Positions 7,069-15,739 of a DNA stretch of 15,776 nucleotides are shown here, piece by piece. The DNA comes from Promethearchaeota archaeon (lineage in GTDB: Archaea; Asgardarchaeota; Lokiarchaeia; Sigyniarchaeales; SOKP01): contig SDNY01000085.1 of assembly GCA_004524535.1 (NCBI GenBank), forward strand, positions 1 to 15,776, read 5' to 3'. The notes under the pieces were generated by a model. The model was not told the origin of the DNA. It searched no databases and was given only the letters and a program-made list of their open reading frames with translations. How positions within the stretch are numbered: position 1 is the first letter of the stretch; every line of letters starts with the position of its first letter. Position numbers and translations under genes: made by a program.

Positions 7069-8859
7069 ATGGAAGAGATTTTAAAACAACTACAGCTTTC
7101 AAGCGAGGCTATTAAGATTTATGAACAATGCTTAAAACATCTAACGCCTCTAACTTACAATGAATTATATTCAATTATTCCTGATTTATCTTTCGACGAT
7201 TTTAAAAAGATTATTGATGAGCTTATTAATCATAACTTATTAATTCAAATTAAACCTCAAAACCCCGAAATTCTTATTCAATATTTAGCCCTCCCACCAA
7301 TTAAACCCATCTTAAATTTCCATTTAAATTTGGCCTCTAATTTTCAAGAAAATATTCAAAGATCAACGGAAAGTTCATTAAATCAGATTTTTGAGGAGAG
7401 CGAAATTATTGAATTAGATTCCTTCTTGAATAAATTTTTAGAGATACGTAAAGATGTTTCGGAAGATGGATTGATTCAAAAACAAGATGTTGAAGAAATT
7501 ATAGCAGAATTTGAAAGATTTACCGAAATTCAAAATAATTTATCCGAATTAAAAGATTTATTACCAGATCTGTCTCAAAAGATGATTAGGGGACTTCATC
7601 CAAAATTTGCGAATTTATTAGAGGATCTACCAAAAATTAAAAATAAAACTGGTGTGCAAGAGAGTTTAGAAAAATCTAGTATAGAAGTTGAAGAATTAAT
7701 TAAGAATCAATTTAAAGAAATGGAAGCGCTAATTGAAGAAACAACCATTGAGCCAGTTAAAACCAAAATTAAAGATAGTTTCCAATACGTTAAAGATTTC
7801 AAACTTTTATATCTAAATGTAATAAGTAATTTTGAGAAAATAATGAATAAAATTCAACAAATGATCTTACAGAAAAAGAACAAATTTGAAGATAATTTAA
7901 AAGGCACGGAAAATCTTATCTTAGAAAAGTTAAATTTTAATATTCAGGAGTTATTTAAACCAGTTTCGGGATTTAGCACCCATATAGGGAATATAATGCA
8001 GCAATTCGAAGTTTATTCTAAAAACTTGAGCATTGATAACCTTTGGTTAATTAAGAGCAAATCTAGAATAATAGATGAAATTACAACTATAATTTCTAAT
8101 TCTAAAAACGAAATTATGTTTATACTTCCGAAAATTGAGGACTTTTTAAATATAGAACAATTTCAAAATATTCCTAAAAACCTTAGGATTAAGATGGGTG
8201 CTTCAAATCCTCATACAAATAGTCTAGTAAAGAAATATAAAGAAATGAAAGTAGAATATAAGAATATACAAAATGAAAATAGAGTCTTTTTAAAAGGAGA
8301 TAATGATTATATCATAGTTGGATTAGTCAAAGAGGATTCAAAAAATCCATTAGAAAATATTATAGGTATTGGAAGTAATTTTAAGCCTTTAATAAATGTT
8401 TTTTCTCCTATAATCGAGGCATCCTGGAATGCTGCGAGTAGTGATACTTATGCATATACGAAAGGAGTTCACACTCCAAAAATGAAAGGATCTCCCAAGG
8501 AAATGCCTCAAATTGAAAAAAAAGAAACATCTTCTTCCACATATAAGACTCCGGTTGAACCTATTAAGACGCAAAAAATTGAACCCTCTCAAAAAAGTAA
8601 TGCTTCAGATCTTTATCCAATTAATACAGCATTTAACTTAGTAATTAAAAGACTAGATACGATGTCTGGTGTTGATTTTAGTAAAGCACTACAAAGAATC
8701 GCAGATCTGATTTTAGAGAAAATAGGTTCTTCCGTACATTTACTCAGAATTAAAGATTTAATTAATAAATATAAAGATCAAACTGCACCGATAAGCAGTC
8801 AACAGAACATATCAGAAATCATTGGAGAAATTGAAGAAATTAAAAAAAAAATATTATAA
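7069..8859 (+). CDS. TrmB-like protein: N-terminal wHTH, long coiled coil, PLD-like/effector domain, C-terminal helical domain
   Basis: The N-terminus LQLSSEAIKIY..LTYNEL..IIDELINHNLL..YLALPP fits a TrmB HTH. The middle is heptad-rich. LWLIKSKSRIIDEITTIISNSKNEIMFILP fits the start of a TrmB middle domain. Confidence 0.65.
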   Translation: MEEILKQLQLSSEAIKIYEQCLKHLTPLTYNELYSIIPDLSFDDFKKIIDELINHNLLIQIKPQNPEILIQYLALPPIKPILNFHLNLASNFQENIQRSTESSLNQIFEESEIIELDSFLNKFLEIRKDVSEDGLIQKQDVEEIIAEFERFTEIQNNLSELKDLLPDLSQKMIRGLHPKFANLLEDLPKIKNKTGVQESLEKSSIEVEELIKNQFKEMEALIEETTIEPVKTKIKDSFQYVKDFKLLYLNVISNFEKIMNKIQQMILQKKNKFEDNLKGTENLILEKLNFNIQELFKPVSGFSTHIGNIMQQFEVYSKNLSIDNLWLIKSKSRIIDEITTIISNSKNEIMFILPKIEDFLNIEQFQNIPKNLRIKMGASNPHTNSLVKKYKEMKVEYKNIQNENRVFLKGDNDYIIVGLVKEDSKNPLENIIGIGSNFKPLINVFSPIIEASWNAASSDTYAYTKGVHTPKMKGSPKEMPQIEKKETSSSTYKTPVEPIKTQKIEPSQKSNASDLYPINTAFNLVIKRLDTMSGVDFSKALQRIADLILEKIGSSVHLLRIKDLINKYKDQTAPISSQQNISEIIGEIEEIKKKIL

Positions 8860-8907
8860 AAATTTTTTAAATAATTACTTTCCTTTTATAAAATTCAAAT
8901 TCCCAAA

Positions 8908-9687
8908 TTAAGAAGAATCGTCAACCTTCTTTTTAGGCTTAGATTTTAGAAAGAAGCCAATTACAAAATAAAAAATTAGTACAAAAAAACATGCAAAAAA
9001 GAATATGCAAATACCTAAAGAAATCCCAAAATTAGGATCCATTAGACCTATGATTCCTATAATTGGTGCAACAGGAGATAGAATAATGACTGCTATATAA
9101 ATATGTTTGCTTTTTTCCCCAAACTTAATATGTGTTGTTATATTAAACCACCCGATAAAAATCATGATAATCGGAATTAAATAGTAAGATATCTCTGGAA
9201 AAGGATGTGTAATACCACCTAGACCATATGATAAAAAATAATTTCCATAAAAAAACACTATTATCGTTAAACAGCTTAACGGGGTTGGAACTCCAGTATA
9301 TCCAGATTGTTCCTCAGTTGTAATGTTAAATCTTGCCAATCTAAGTAGCGCACCTAAAGCAAAAGATATACATCCTATTATAATCACATAGTCATATATT
9401 CCACCAGTCCTAAAAGCTTGAAAAATTAAAACCGCTGGTGCAATGCCAAACGTTAAGGAATCACTGAGGGAATCTAATTCTATGCCAAATCTATTTACGG
9501 TGTTTGTAAGACGTGCTATATATCCATCTGCCAAATCTGTACCTAAAGTAATTGTTATCAAAAAAAATCCAAAAGAAATATAATAACGCGTTCCAAAACA
9601 TCCCAGTATTAAGGCTATAATCCCCAGAGTTGTACCAGTTAGAGTGATATAGTCCTTTAATTTTAAAAGTTTTGGTATGCTTGTCAT
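8908..9687 (-). CDS. CDP-alcohol phosphatidyltransferase (PssA/archaetidylserine synthase-like)
   Basis: Signature DxxDGxxAR...GxxxDxxxD is present as DLADGYIARLTNTVNRFGIELDSLSD. FGIAPA, LRLARFN and GVPTP are typical of PssA-type enzymes. Confidence 0.88.
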   Translation of the reverse strand: MTSIPKLLKLKDYITLTGTTLGIIALILGCFGTRYYISFGFFLITITLGTDLADGYIARLTNTVNRFGIELDSLSDSLTFGIAPAVLIFQAFRTGGIYDYVIIIGCISFALGALLRLARFNITTEEQSGYTGVPTPLSCLTIIVFFYGNYFLSYGLGGITHPFPEISYYLIPIIMIFIGWFNITTHIKFGEKSKHIYIAVIILSPVAPIIGIIGLMDPNFGISLGICIFFFACFFVLIFYFVIGFFLKSKPKKKVDDSS

Positions 9688-9720
9688 TATTCATAAATCA
9701 TTTTTATTTTTTTAATTAAT

Positions 9721-9750
9721 TAATATATCTTAATATATCTTAATATATCT
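9721..9750. repeat. Perfect 10-bp tandem repeat (TAATATATCT)x3 in divergent promoter region
   Basis: Three exact copies 34-63 bp upstream of the ATG at 9687. Confidence 0.9.
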
Positions 9751-9837
9751 TTTTCTTCTCTTTTTTAGCTTAAATTTAAAAAGAGTATTTGCTTTTTTTG
9801 ATTTAAAACAGAACAAATTAAGTAAAAGAAGTATGGA

Positions 9838-10545
9838 GTGAAAAAATTGAATTGTAAAGAGTGTGGGGCTGAGATCTTAAATCCTAACCAAAAGTTTTGT
9901 GAACAATGTGGAGCTAAAATACCGTTAATACGTGAAACGACAGAAAGAACTGCAAGTATTCCAACAACACAAGCTCAGCAAATGACTTACAGACGACCCG
10001 GGGATCTATTTGATATCAATAGAACCTATTATGTCTTAAAGGAAAAATATTGGGATTGGGGTGGTGGAGATATTTTAGATGATAAAGGTCAAATCATAGG
10101 TAAAATGAAACGAAAAATTTTAAGTATCCGAAAAAAGATAGAACTCAGAGAAATAGATGGAACTGTATCAGCCATGATTCATGAGAAAATAATTAGTGCG
10201 CGAGGAGCTCAAACTTTAATGGATTCTGAAGGGAATATCATAGCCCGGATAAAGAAAAAAATATTAACCTTCCTTAAACCAAAATTCTTTTTAGAGGATC
10301 CTGATGGTAATCGTTGGTATGAAGCATTAGGGAAATTTATGGGATTCTCATTTAAAATAAAAGATTTATCTACCGGAAAAATTATTGCCGAAATAGAGAA
10401 AGCTGACCGTTGGAGGGATGTGTTTCTTGGTGGAATGTTTGATTTTAAAGACACATATGCTCTCAAAATATTAGATAAAGAAACTGACAGGCGTATTTTG
10501 CTTGGCTTTGTTATAAGCATAGATAACGTGATGCACGATCATTAA
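9838..10545 (+). CDS. Zn-ribbon + LURP-one-related/scramblase (Tubby C-terminal-like) protein
   Basis: N-terminal CKECG..FCEQCG, then YVLKEKYWDWGG..ILDDKGQ..KKIELRE..GKFMGFSFKI..DTYALKI..LLGFVISID, typical of the LOR fold. GTG start. Confidence 0.82.
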   Translation: MKKLNCKECGAEILNPNQKFCEQCGAKIPLIRETTERTASIPTTQAQQMTYRRPGDLFDINRTYYVLKEKYWDWGGGDILDDKGQIIGKMKRKILSIRKKIELREIDGTVSAMIHEKIISARGAQTLMDSEGNIIARIKKKILTFLKPKFFLEDPDGNRWYEALGKFMGFSFKIKDLSTGKIIAEIEKADRWRDVFLGGMFDFKDTYALKILDKETDRRILLGFVISIDNVMHDH

Positions 10546-10611
10546 ATATACGATAACCAGATTCACGATCATTATATATGCGATAATCAGATCCATGATA
10601 ATTAGATCTAC
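10522..10611 (+). repeat. Imperfect 30-bp tandem repeat x3 spanning the LURP gene stop
   Basis: GATAACGTGATGCACGATCATTAAATATAC / GATAACCAGATTCACGATCATTATATATGC / GATAATCAGATCCATGATAATTAGATCTAC. Confidence 0.85.
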
Positions 10612-10619
10612 CGGGATAG

Positions 10620-10629
10620 TTTTTTTTTT
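10620..10629 (+). terminator. T10 tract, candidate terminator
   Basis: Oligo-T run just after the third 30-bp repeat. Confidence 0.5.
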
Positions 10630-10755
10630 GATTCACGAATAATGAGTAAACAACTAAAATTTTTATATGTCTAATCCTAATAATTCTTTAAAAGATTATG
10701 TAATATATTTTTTTTTTAAAGTAATTATTAATTGAAAAAAAAAAATCGTTTGAAT

Positions 10756-11775
10756 ATGTCAGAAGCTTACGGAAACTTTATGGTTTTTGAGCTTGATGAT
10801 TCAGGGGAAAGGATAAGATTATCTATAACAGAGGAAGAATTTTGTGAAGAAAATGGAAGTAAAGTATTGCACCCAGAACAAGTCGCAGTCATTGTGAAAG
10901 AAGCTATAAGAAGAATATATATTTGGAAAGGGGCTAAATCGCCTGTTCGAAGGCGATTTATTAGTAGTAGAGTTGCAAGTCAAATTCAACAAGAATTAAT
11001 TAATAATGCAGCATTCCATCGATGCAAAATAGTTTCCGTAGATCAAGGTGACGAGGTTGAGGAGTTTTTAAAAGCTTTTCGATTTACATCGATGCCTGTA
11101 GAAGAAAAACTTGCTGATATGCGATACATCCGCAACATTGATCGAGAAAAGATGATAGATAAGGGGATTATTCCTGAGGGTGGTGGACCAAAATTTGTTA
11201 AAGTAGAGAAAGAAGTAGAAAAAATCACTATACCCGCAACAAGAGAGATTCAAAAGCCGATGACTAAAACGATTGCTACTCCTTCTGAAAATATTATTTC
11301 AAAACCTAAAAGCCCTAAAATTGTTCAAGACCGCACAGTTGCCCCTCCACCTAGGAAAACTTCAACATTATCAAAAGAGTTATCAGAAGAGCTGACTAAT
11401 CAAATTAAAGATAAGATACTTAAAAATGAAGTTCCTGAAGGTTATATTCGGCAAAATTTAATTTTTGGACATATTTTATATGGTGCAGTTAATAAAACTG
11501 TGGATGTGTTAGGAAAAAAAATACAAGAAACTAAATGGGAAAATGTTAAAAAACTACCCGAGGGTGTGATAGAGTTAGATAATCAAAAAGTACGAGTTTA
11601 TTTCAACGCTAAAAAAGGAATTGTTGAGGCAGTTGAATTATTTGAAAAAGAAAGAGAGACGCCCATTCCTAAAAAAAAGGAGCCTACTAAAAAAAAACCT
11701 ACTGCTAAGAGAAGCCCCAGTACTAAGAGAAGACCTACTGCTAAGAGGAGACCCACAGGTCAAAAATTTAAATGA
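10756..11775 (+). CDS. Single gelsolin-domain protein with Pro/Lys-rich linker, unknown second domain and basic tail
   Basis: LHPEQVAVIVKEAIRRIYIWKGAKSPVRRRFISSRVASQI..KIVSVDQGDEVEEFLKAF matches the gelsolin repeat pattern (IYIWxG; QG.E..EF...F). I prefer the ATG at 10756 over the TTG at 10732. Confidence 0.82.
   Translation: MSEAYGNFMVFELDDSGERIRLSITEEEFCEENGSKVLHPEQVAVIVKEAIRRIYIWKGAKSPVRRRFISSRVASQIQQELINNAAFHRCKIVSVDQGDEVEEFLKAFRFTSMPVEEKLADMRYIRNIDREKMIDKGIIPEGGGPKFVKVEKEVEKITIPATREIQKPMTKTIATPSENIISKPKSPKIVQDRTVAPPPRKTSTLSKELSEELTNQIKDKILKNEVPEGYIRQNLIFGHILYGAVNKTVDVLGKKIQETKWENVKKLPEGVIELDNQKVRVYFNAKKGIVEAVELFEKERETPIPKKKEPTKKKPTAKRSPSTKRRPTAKRRPTGQKFK
11698..11757 (+). repeat. 18-bp coding repeat, ~3.3 copies (PTAKRR-like)
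   Basis: CCTACTGCTAAGAGAAGC / CCCAGTACTAAGAGAAGA / CCTACTGCTAAGAGGAGA / CCCACA. Confidence 0.85.
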
Positions 11776-11875
11776 AAAAGAAAGTTACCTAATTTTCCTA
11801 GTTCTGAAGATTGAAATTAAAACAAGGAAATAATATTAAATCTTATTGTAAAAGTAAAAAAGTTAAAAAATAGTA

Positions 11876-12559
11876 TTAAAGTAAATATTCTTCTTCGTTT
11901 TTATCCTCTAAATCATCTTTCTCTTTATCCTTTTCTTCTTTGTCCTTTTCTTTTTTTTCCTTTTCTTTTTTTTCCTTTTTTTCCTTATCCTCTTCTTCTT
12001 TATCGCCGACTTTTCCTCTCTCTGAAGCTTTTCCTTTTTCCATTTTTTTATCTTTAACCTTCTTTTTTATTTTTTTCAAACCTTCTATTGCTTCTTTTCT
12101 TACTTCAGGTGATTTATCTTTAAGAGCTTTAGCCAACGCGTCTAAAGAATAAGGATGATGTAAATCTCCTAACTCATCAGCTGCTTCTTTTCGCACTTCT
12201 GGATCAGGATCATGTAGCAGGACATAAGTTAAAACACCGAGAGCTTTTGTATCTCCGAAATTTCCAATAGTATCCACTGCTTCTTTCCTAACCTCAGCAT
12301 CAGTATCTGTTACAGCGGTTATTGCTATTTGCTTAGAAATTTCATCGGCAGTACCAATTGCTTCAATAAGACTGAGATCTACGCCACAATATTTACAAAA
12401 ATTATGACTGATTTTAATAATTCCACCACAAGAAGGACAAACCCGTTGAGTATTAAAATCAATAAATTCGGGGTTTCCCGGATTATTTGGGGATTGAGGT
12501 GAATTTCTTATCCTATATGGGTTTTTTTTAGGATCTGGTATAAAATCCTTTTTTGACAT
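11876..12559 (-). CDS. Zn-ribbon + HEAT (PBS-lyase-like) repeat protein with K/E-rich tail
   Basis: CPSCG..FCKYCG; three D....VRKEA...LG repeats; KEKE low-complexity C-terminus. Confidence 0.85.
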   Translation of the reverse strand: MSKKDFIPDPKKNPYRIRNSPQSPNNPGNPEFIDFNTQRVCPSCGGIIKISHNFCKYCGVDLSLIEAIGTADEISKQIAITAVTDTDAEVRKEAVDTIGNFGDTKALGVLTYVLLHDPDPEVRKEAADELGDLHHPYSLDALAKALKDKSPEVRKEAIEGLKKIKKKVKDKKMEKGKASERGKVGDKEEEDKEKKEKKEKEKKEKDKEEKDKEKDDLEDKNEEEYLL

Positions 12560-12593
12560 TTATATCATCACTTAGAGATTATTAAATTCATTT

Positions 12594-12659
12594 AGTCCAA
12601 TTTTTTTATAATAAATATATAAACGCGATATTATAAAATAATTTGGAGTCCAATTTTTT
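12594..12659. promoter_or_regulatory. Two 13-bp direct repeats AGTCCAATTTTTT in divergent intergenic region
   Basis: Copies at 12594-12606 and 12647-12659. The second overlaps the palindrome TTGGA-G-TCCAA (12643-12653). Confidence 0.4.
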
Positions 12660-12746
12660 AATTTGCTAATTATGTTGTATTAACTTCTGAGAATTATTCT
12701 TAAAATGATGGAAAAATTTTTCTTTTTAAATAATTTTTTTAATATA

Positions 12747-13085
12747 ATGCCAGATGAGTTTGATTTTAAAAATTATAAAAGCCCAGATGACTTTAATAAA
12801 TCCCCTGAGGGGGTTAGATATTTGCATGATCTTTATTTGAAAGCCGTAAATCACCCTATTCGTAGGGAGATTTTAACTGTTATTAATAAAGAAGGGCGTA
12901 TCTCAAAAAAGGAATTATTAAAAACACTCTTAGGAAGTAAAATTATTAGCGACGAATCTATGTTTAATTATAATATAGATTTTCTAATCAAAGCTTTTTG
13001 TATTAATCTTTTTAAAGAAGAAAAAGAAGATGAAATATTTTACGAGATAAGTCAGTTCGGAGAAGTAGTGAATTATTTAGAGTAA
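12747..13085 (+). CDS. ArsR-like winged-HTH protein
   Basis: LKAVNHPIRREILTVI..ISKKEL..FNYNIDFLIKA..YEISQFG fits ArsR-type wHTH. I prefer the ATG at 12747 over 12705. Confidence 0.7.
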   Translation: MPDEFDFKNYKSPDDFNKSPEGVRYLHDLYLKAVNHPIRREILTVINKEGRISKKELLKTLLGSKIISDESMFNYNIDFLIKAFCINLFKEEKEDEIFYEISQFGEVVNYLE

Positions 13086-13113
13086 AAAATACCACACTTA
13101 TTACTTATTATTT

Positions 13114-13614
13114 CTATGTGAAATTTTTTTTGAAGCAATTACAACAGGGAATTCCAAAATTCACATTAAAATTTTTTAGAAGTTTACTTTTTAATTTCAT
13201 TAATCTTATTAATTTATGCTTTATTGAGGTAGTGCTCTCGTCAAAGTAGAATCTCTTTAGATGCGAATAATGATTACAATTCCCACAAACAGGGCATACT
13301 GAATAGAAATTAATGAAATCGTAAAAAAAGTTTTTTTGTTTTTTGCTTAATGCTTTAAATTTCAAGTCAGGATTATTAGCAATTAAATCTTTTAAATTAT
13401 TTAATTCATTTAACATTTGATCTCTCAGTTGATTGGGATTATCAATGTTTAATTGATTTGCTTCTTGATTTATAAATGTTTCTTGGGTGTGAAACTCATC
13501 AAACTTATCAAAATATTCAATGGCATCATTGAAGAATATCAATTTCCTATTTCTTCGCTTTTTGAGGTTAATTTCAGTCATAATTAATTTGAATTCAAAA
13601 AAATTTTGATTCAT
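13114..13614 (-). CDS. Hypothetical protein with putative Zn-binding CPVC...CCNC
   Basis: 166-aa ORF with two distal CxxC pairs. The true start may be the second Met. Confidence 0.7.
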   Translation of the reverse strand: MNQNFFEFKLIMTEINLKKRRNRKLIFFNDAIEYFDKFDEFHTQETFINQEANQLNIDNPNQLRDQMLNELNNLKDLIANNPDLKFKALSKKQKNFFYDFINFYSVCPVCGNCNHYSHLKRFYFDESTTSIKHKLIRLMKLKSKLLKNFNVNFGIPCCNCFKKNFT

Positions 13615-13753
13615 AGAATTAGTAGAAATTTAATTTAAAAAATCTTTTTGAAAAAGAAAATAAGTTAGCTATTTCAATTATTAATCAGAAATTGGTTATT
13701 AAAATTATTAAAAGATTTTAATAAAGTTCGAATTTTAATTTATTCTATAAAAA

Positions 13754-14545
13754 TTATTTATTAAAGATAACTCCAATCCCACAATTACCTTGTTCCCAAT
13801 CCTCAACAAATTCTTTATAATCGTAAGACTTTTTGATTTCTTTCCAAAATTTATTAACATCACAAATATATTCAGGGGGATAAACAACTATGTCATGAAA
13901 GGCAATGATTCCATTTTTCTTAACTAAGGGGGCATACATTTCAAAATCTTGTTTAACGCCCTCATAAGTATGATCTCCGTCAATAAATAGTAAGTCAATC
14001 TCCTTGTTTTTTAAAATTTTTTTAACTTGGACTAATGTAGAAGGATCATGGGAATTCTTTCTGATCAAGCGGATTTTTTGATTATTGGAGGCAAATGATT
14101 TGTAGAAAGGAATTCGGTGAGAGAAATATCCCTCATTTTTTCCAACATCAGGTAATGCCATACTTAAAAGAATACAATCCGAGTCTGCTGATTTTGATAA
14201 TAAAAATAATGTTCCACCCTGAGCTGTACCGATTTCCAGAATTACTTTAGCTCGGATTTTAGAAATTATTTTGCATAGTTCCCTTATTTCTTTCTTTTTT
14301 TGGAAAACTTTTATGTTGATCTTATATGGAAGCCATTTAAATAGAGAATATTCATATTCAAAAACTAAATTAATATAATCCTCCAAGCTTTTACATTTTA
14401 AAGATTCTTTCTTTAGATTAATTCCAGCTATATAGTTAATTAATCTAAAAAATAGGTTTTTTGAAATTATTTGATTAATTAAATGAGAATCAACTGATAG
14501 TTTTGTTAATTTTTTATAGGATTTATTAAGAATTGAATTAATCAT
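13754..14545 (-). CDS. Class I SAM-dependent methyltransferase (Methyltransf_24-like)
   Basis: VILEIGTAQGGT (motif I) and DLLFIDGDHTYEGVKQDF..GIIAFHD. Confidence 0.9.
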   Translation of the reverse strand: MINSILNKSYKKLTKLSVDSHLINQIISKNLFFRLINYIAGINLKKESLKCKSLEDYINLVFEYEYSLFKWLPYKINIKVFQKKKEIRELCKIISKIRAKVILEIGTAQGGTLFLLSKSADSDCILLSMALPDVGKNEGYFSHRIPFYKSFASNNQKIRLIRKNSHDPSTLVQVKKILKNKEIDLLFIDGDHTYEGVKQDFEMYAPLVKKNGIIAFHDIVVYPPEYICDVNKFWKEIKKSYDYKEFVEDWEQGNCGIGVIFNK

Positions 14546-14629
14546 GAGATTTCAAATTATTGAGTGATTTAATTAAATATATTTTTCTAGTTCAATATGG
14601 TTTCGTTTTTTATTTTTTAATCTTCTTTT

Positions 14630-15739
14630 TTAGGAAAAATATTGTAAGCAGAATTTTATTCCTGGAAGAAATCTATAACCTATTCCCAATGCATGGGGTG
14701 TGAGAGCGGCTTTGGGATCATAGTCTAAATCACACTCGTGAGGGATGTCTAATTCGTTTAAAGTATTATGTAATTTTTTGACTCCATCAGCTAATTTAAA
14801 TTCATCTTCAAGATCACAGCTTAAATATAAATGAACTTTTTTGAAGGCTTCTGGGTTTTCTCTTACTAATTTATTAATATCATGTTTTACCCAACTATTT
14901 AATGCGTCCTTATTATAATCAACAACATTTCCTTCACTATCATATTTAATGGATGGGAGTAAAGGATTATTTTTAGATGTAATCAAATCCATTGTATCTA
15001 AAATATCGTTCATTGTGGAATCTCCGATTTGATTCGAAAATTTTTCACCAAATATTCTAGTAAATATAGGAATTCTTAACTTTACTTGTATTAATCCGAA
15101 ACCACTGAAATCTGCTGGACTTAACGATACTGCAGAGATAAACTTTTCAGGATGGTGGACAGCTAAATTTAGCGTGCCATAGCCACCCATAGAACCACCC
15201 ATGATAGCTCGATGTTGTCTATCTGAGATGGTACGATATTTATTATCAATATATTCTATAACATCATTTATGATATAATCCCTATAATTACCCACATGTG
15301 GAGAATTAATGTAAAAACTACCCTTGAGCATGACCCTTCTTGTAAAATCACGTAGACCGTCTTTATGAGGTGCATGGAGACTTCCATCTGGTTGTATAAA
15401 TATAAAAGGAGCCAATTCTCCGCTTGCAATCAGATCGTCTAATCTTTCAAAATCTAATAGCCTATCAACATCAATTTCTTTTAAATATTTTTTAGGAAGG
15501 ATTTTCCAATAATCAACACTATCTTCTGAATCTTTTGATGCTATAGTCCAATTGTGATTATGACCACCATAACCATGAAGAAAGTATATCACAGGATATC
15601 TTCTTTTTTTATTATCAAAATACCCAGGAGGTAAATAGATGTTAATATCTCGATCAGCAGTTGTCCCTAAAGGATTTCCTTCTAAGGTTTTAGAATGAAA
15701 TGAATCAATCACATATCTATTATTTCCATTCTCTTTCAT
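14630..15739 (-). CDS. Alpha/beta-hydrolase, putative esterase (Fes/PF00756-like)
   Basis: IYLPPGY..YPVIYFLHGYG, IEYIDNKYRT..RAIMGGSMGGYG (GxSxG nucleophile), and a C-terminal His candidate. Confidence 0.9.
   Translation of the reverse strand: MKENGNNRYVIDSFHSKTLEGNPLGTTADRDINIYLPPGYFDNKKRRYPVIYFLHGYGGHNHNWTIASKDSEDSVDYWKILPKKYLKEIDVDRLLDFERLDDLIASGELAPFIFIQPDGSLHAPHKDGLRDFTRRVMLKGSFYINSPHVGNYRDYIINDVIEYIDNKYRTISDRQHRAIMGGSMGGYGTLNLAVHHPEKFISAVSLSPADFSGFGLIQVKLRIPIFTRIFGEKFSNQIGDSTMNDILDTMDLITSKNNPLLPSIKYDSEGNVVDYNKDALNSWVKHDINKLVRENPEAFKKVHLYLSCDLEDEFKLADGVKKLHNTLNELDIPHECDLDYDPKAALTPHALGIGYRFLPGIKFCLQYFS

Noticed and set aside
11773-11875. Selenocysteine recoding of the gelsolin TGA
   Set aside because: The context is a basic disordered tail rather than a redox motif, and the downstream DNA is AT-rich with no visible SECIS-like hairpin.
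305-12152. Short ORF-track entries overlapping larger genes (305, 731, 949, 1231, 2116, 4528, 5421, 5623, 8389, 9491, 10209, 11043, 11068, 11621, 11940)
   Set aside because: They are antisense or alternate-frame shadows of well-supported CDSs, with no recognisable motifs. 5623..5874 is open only because of the repeat.
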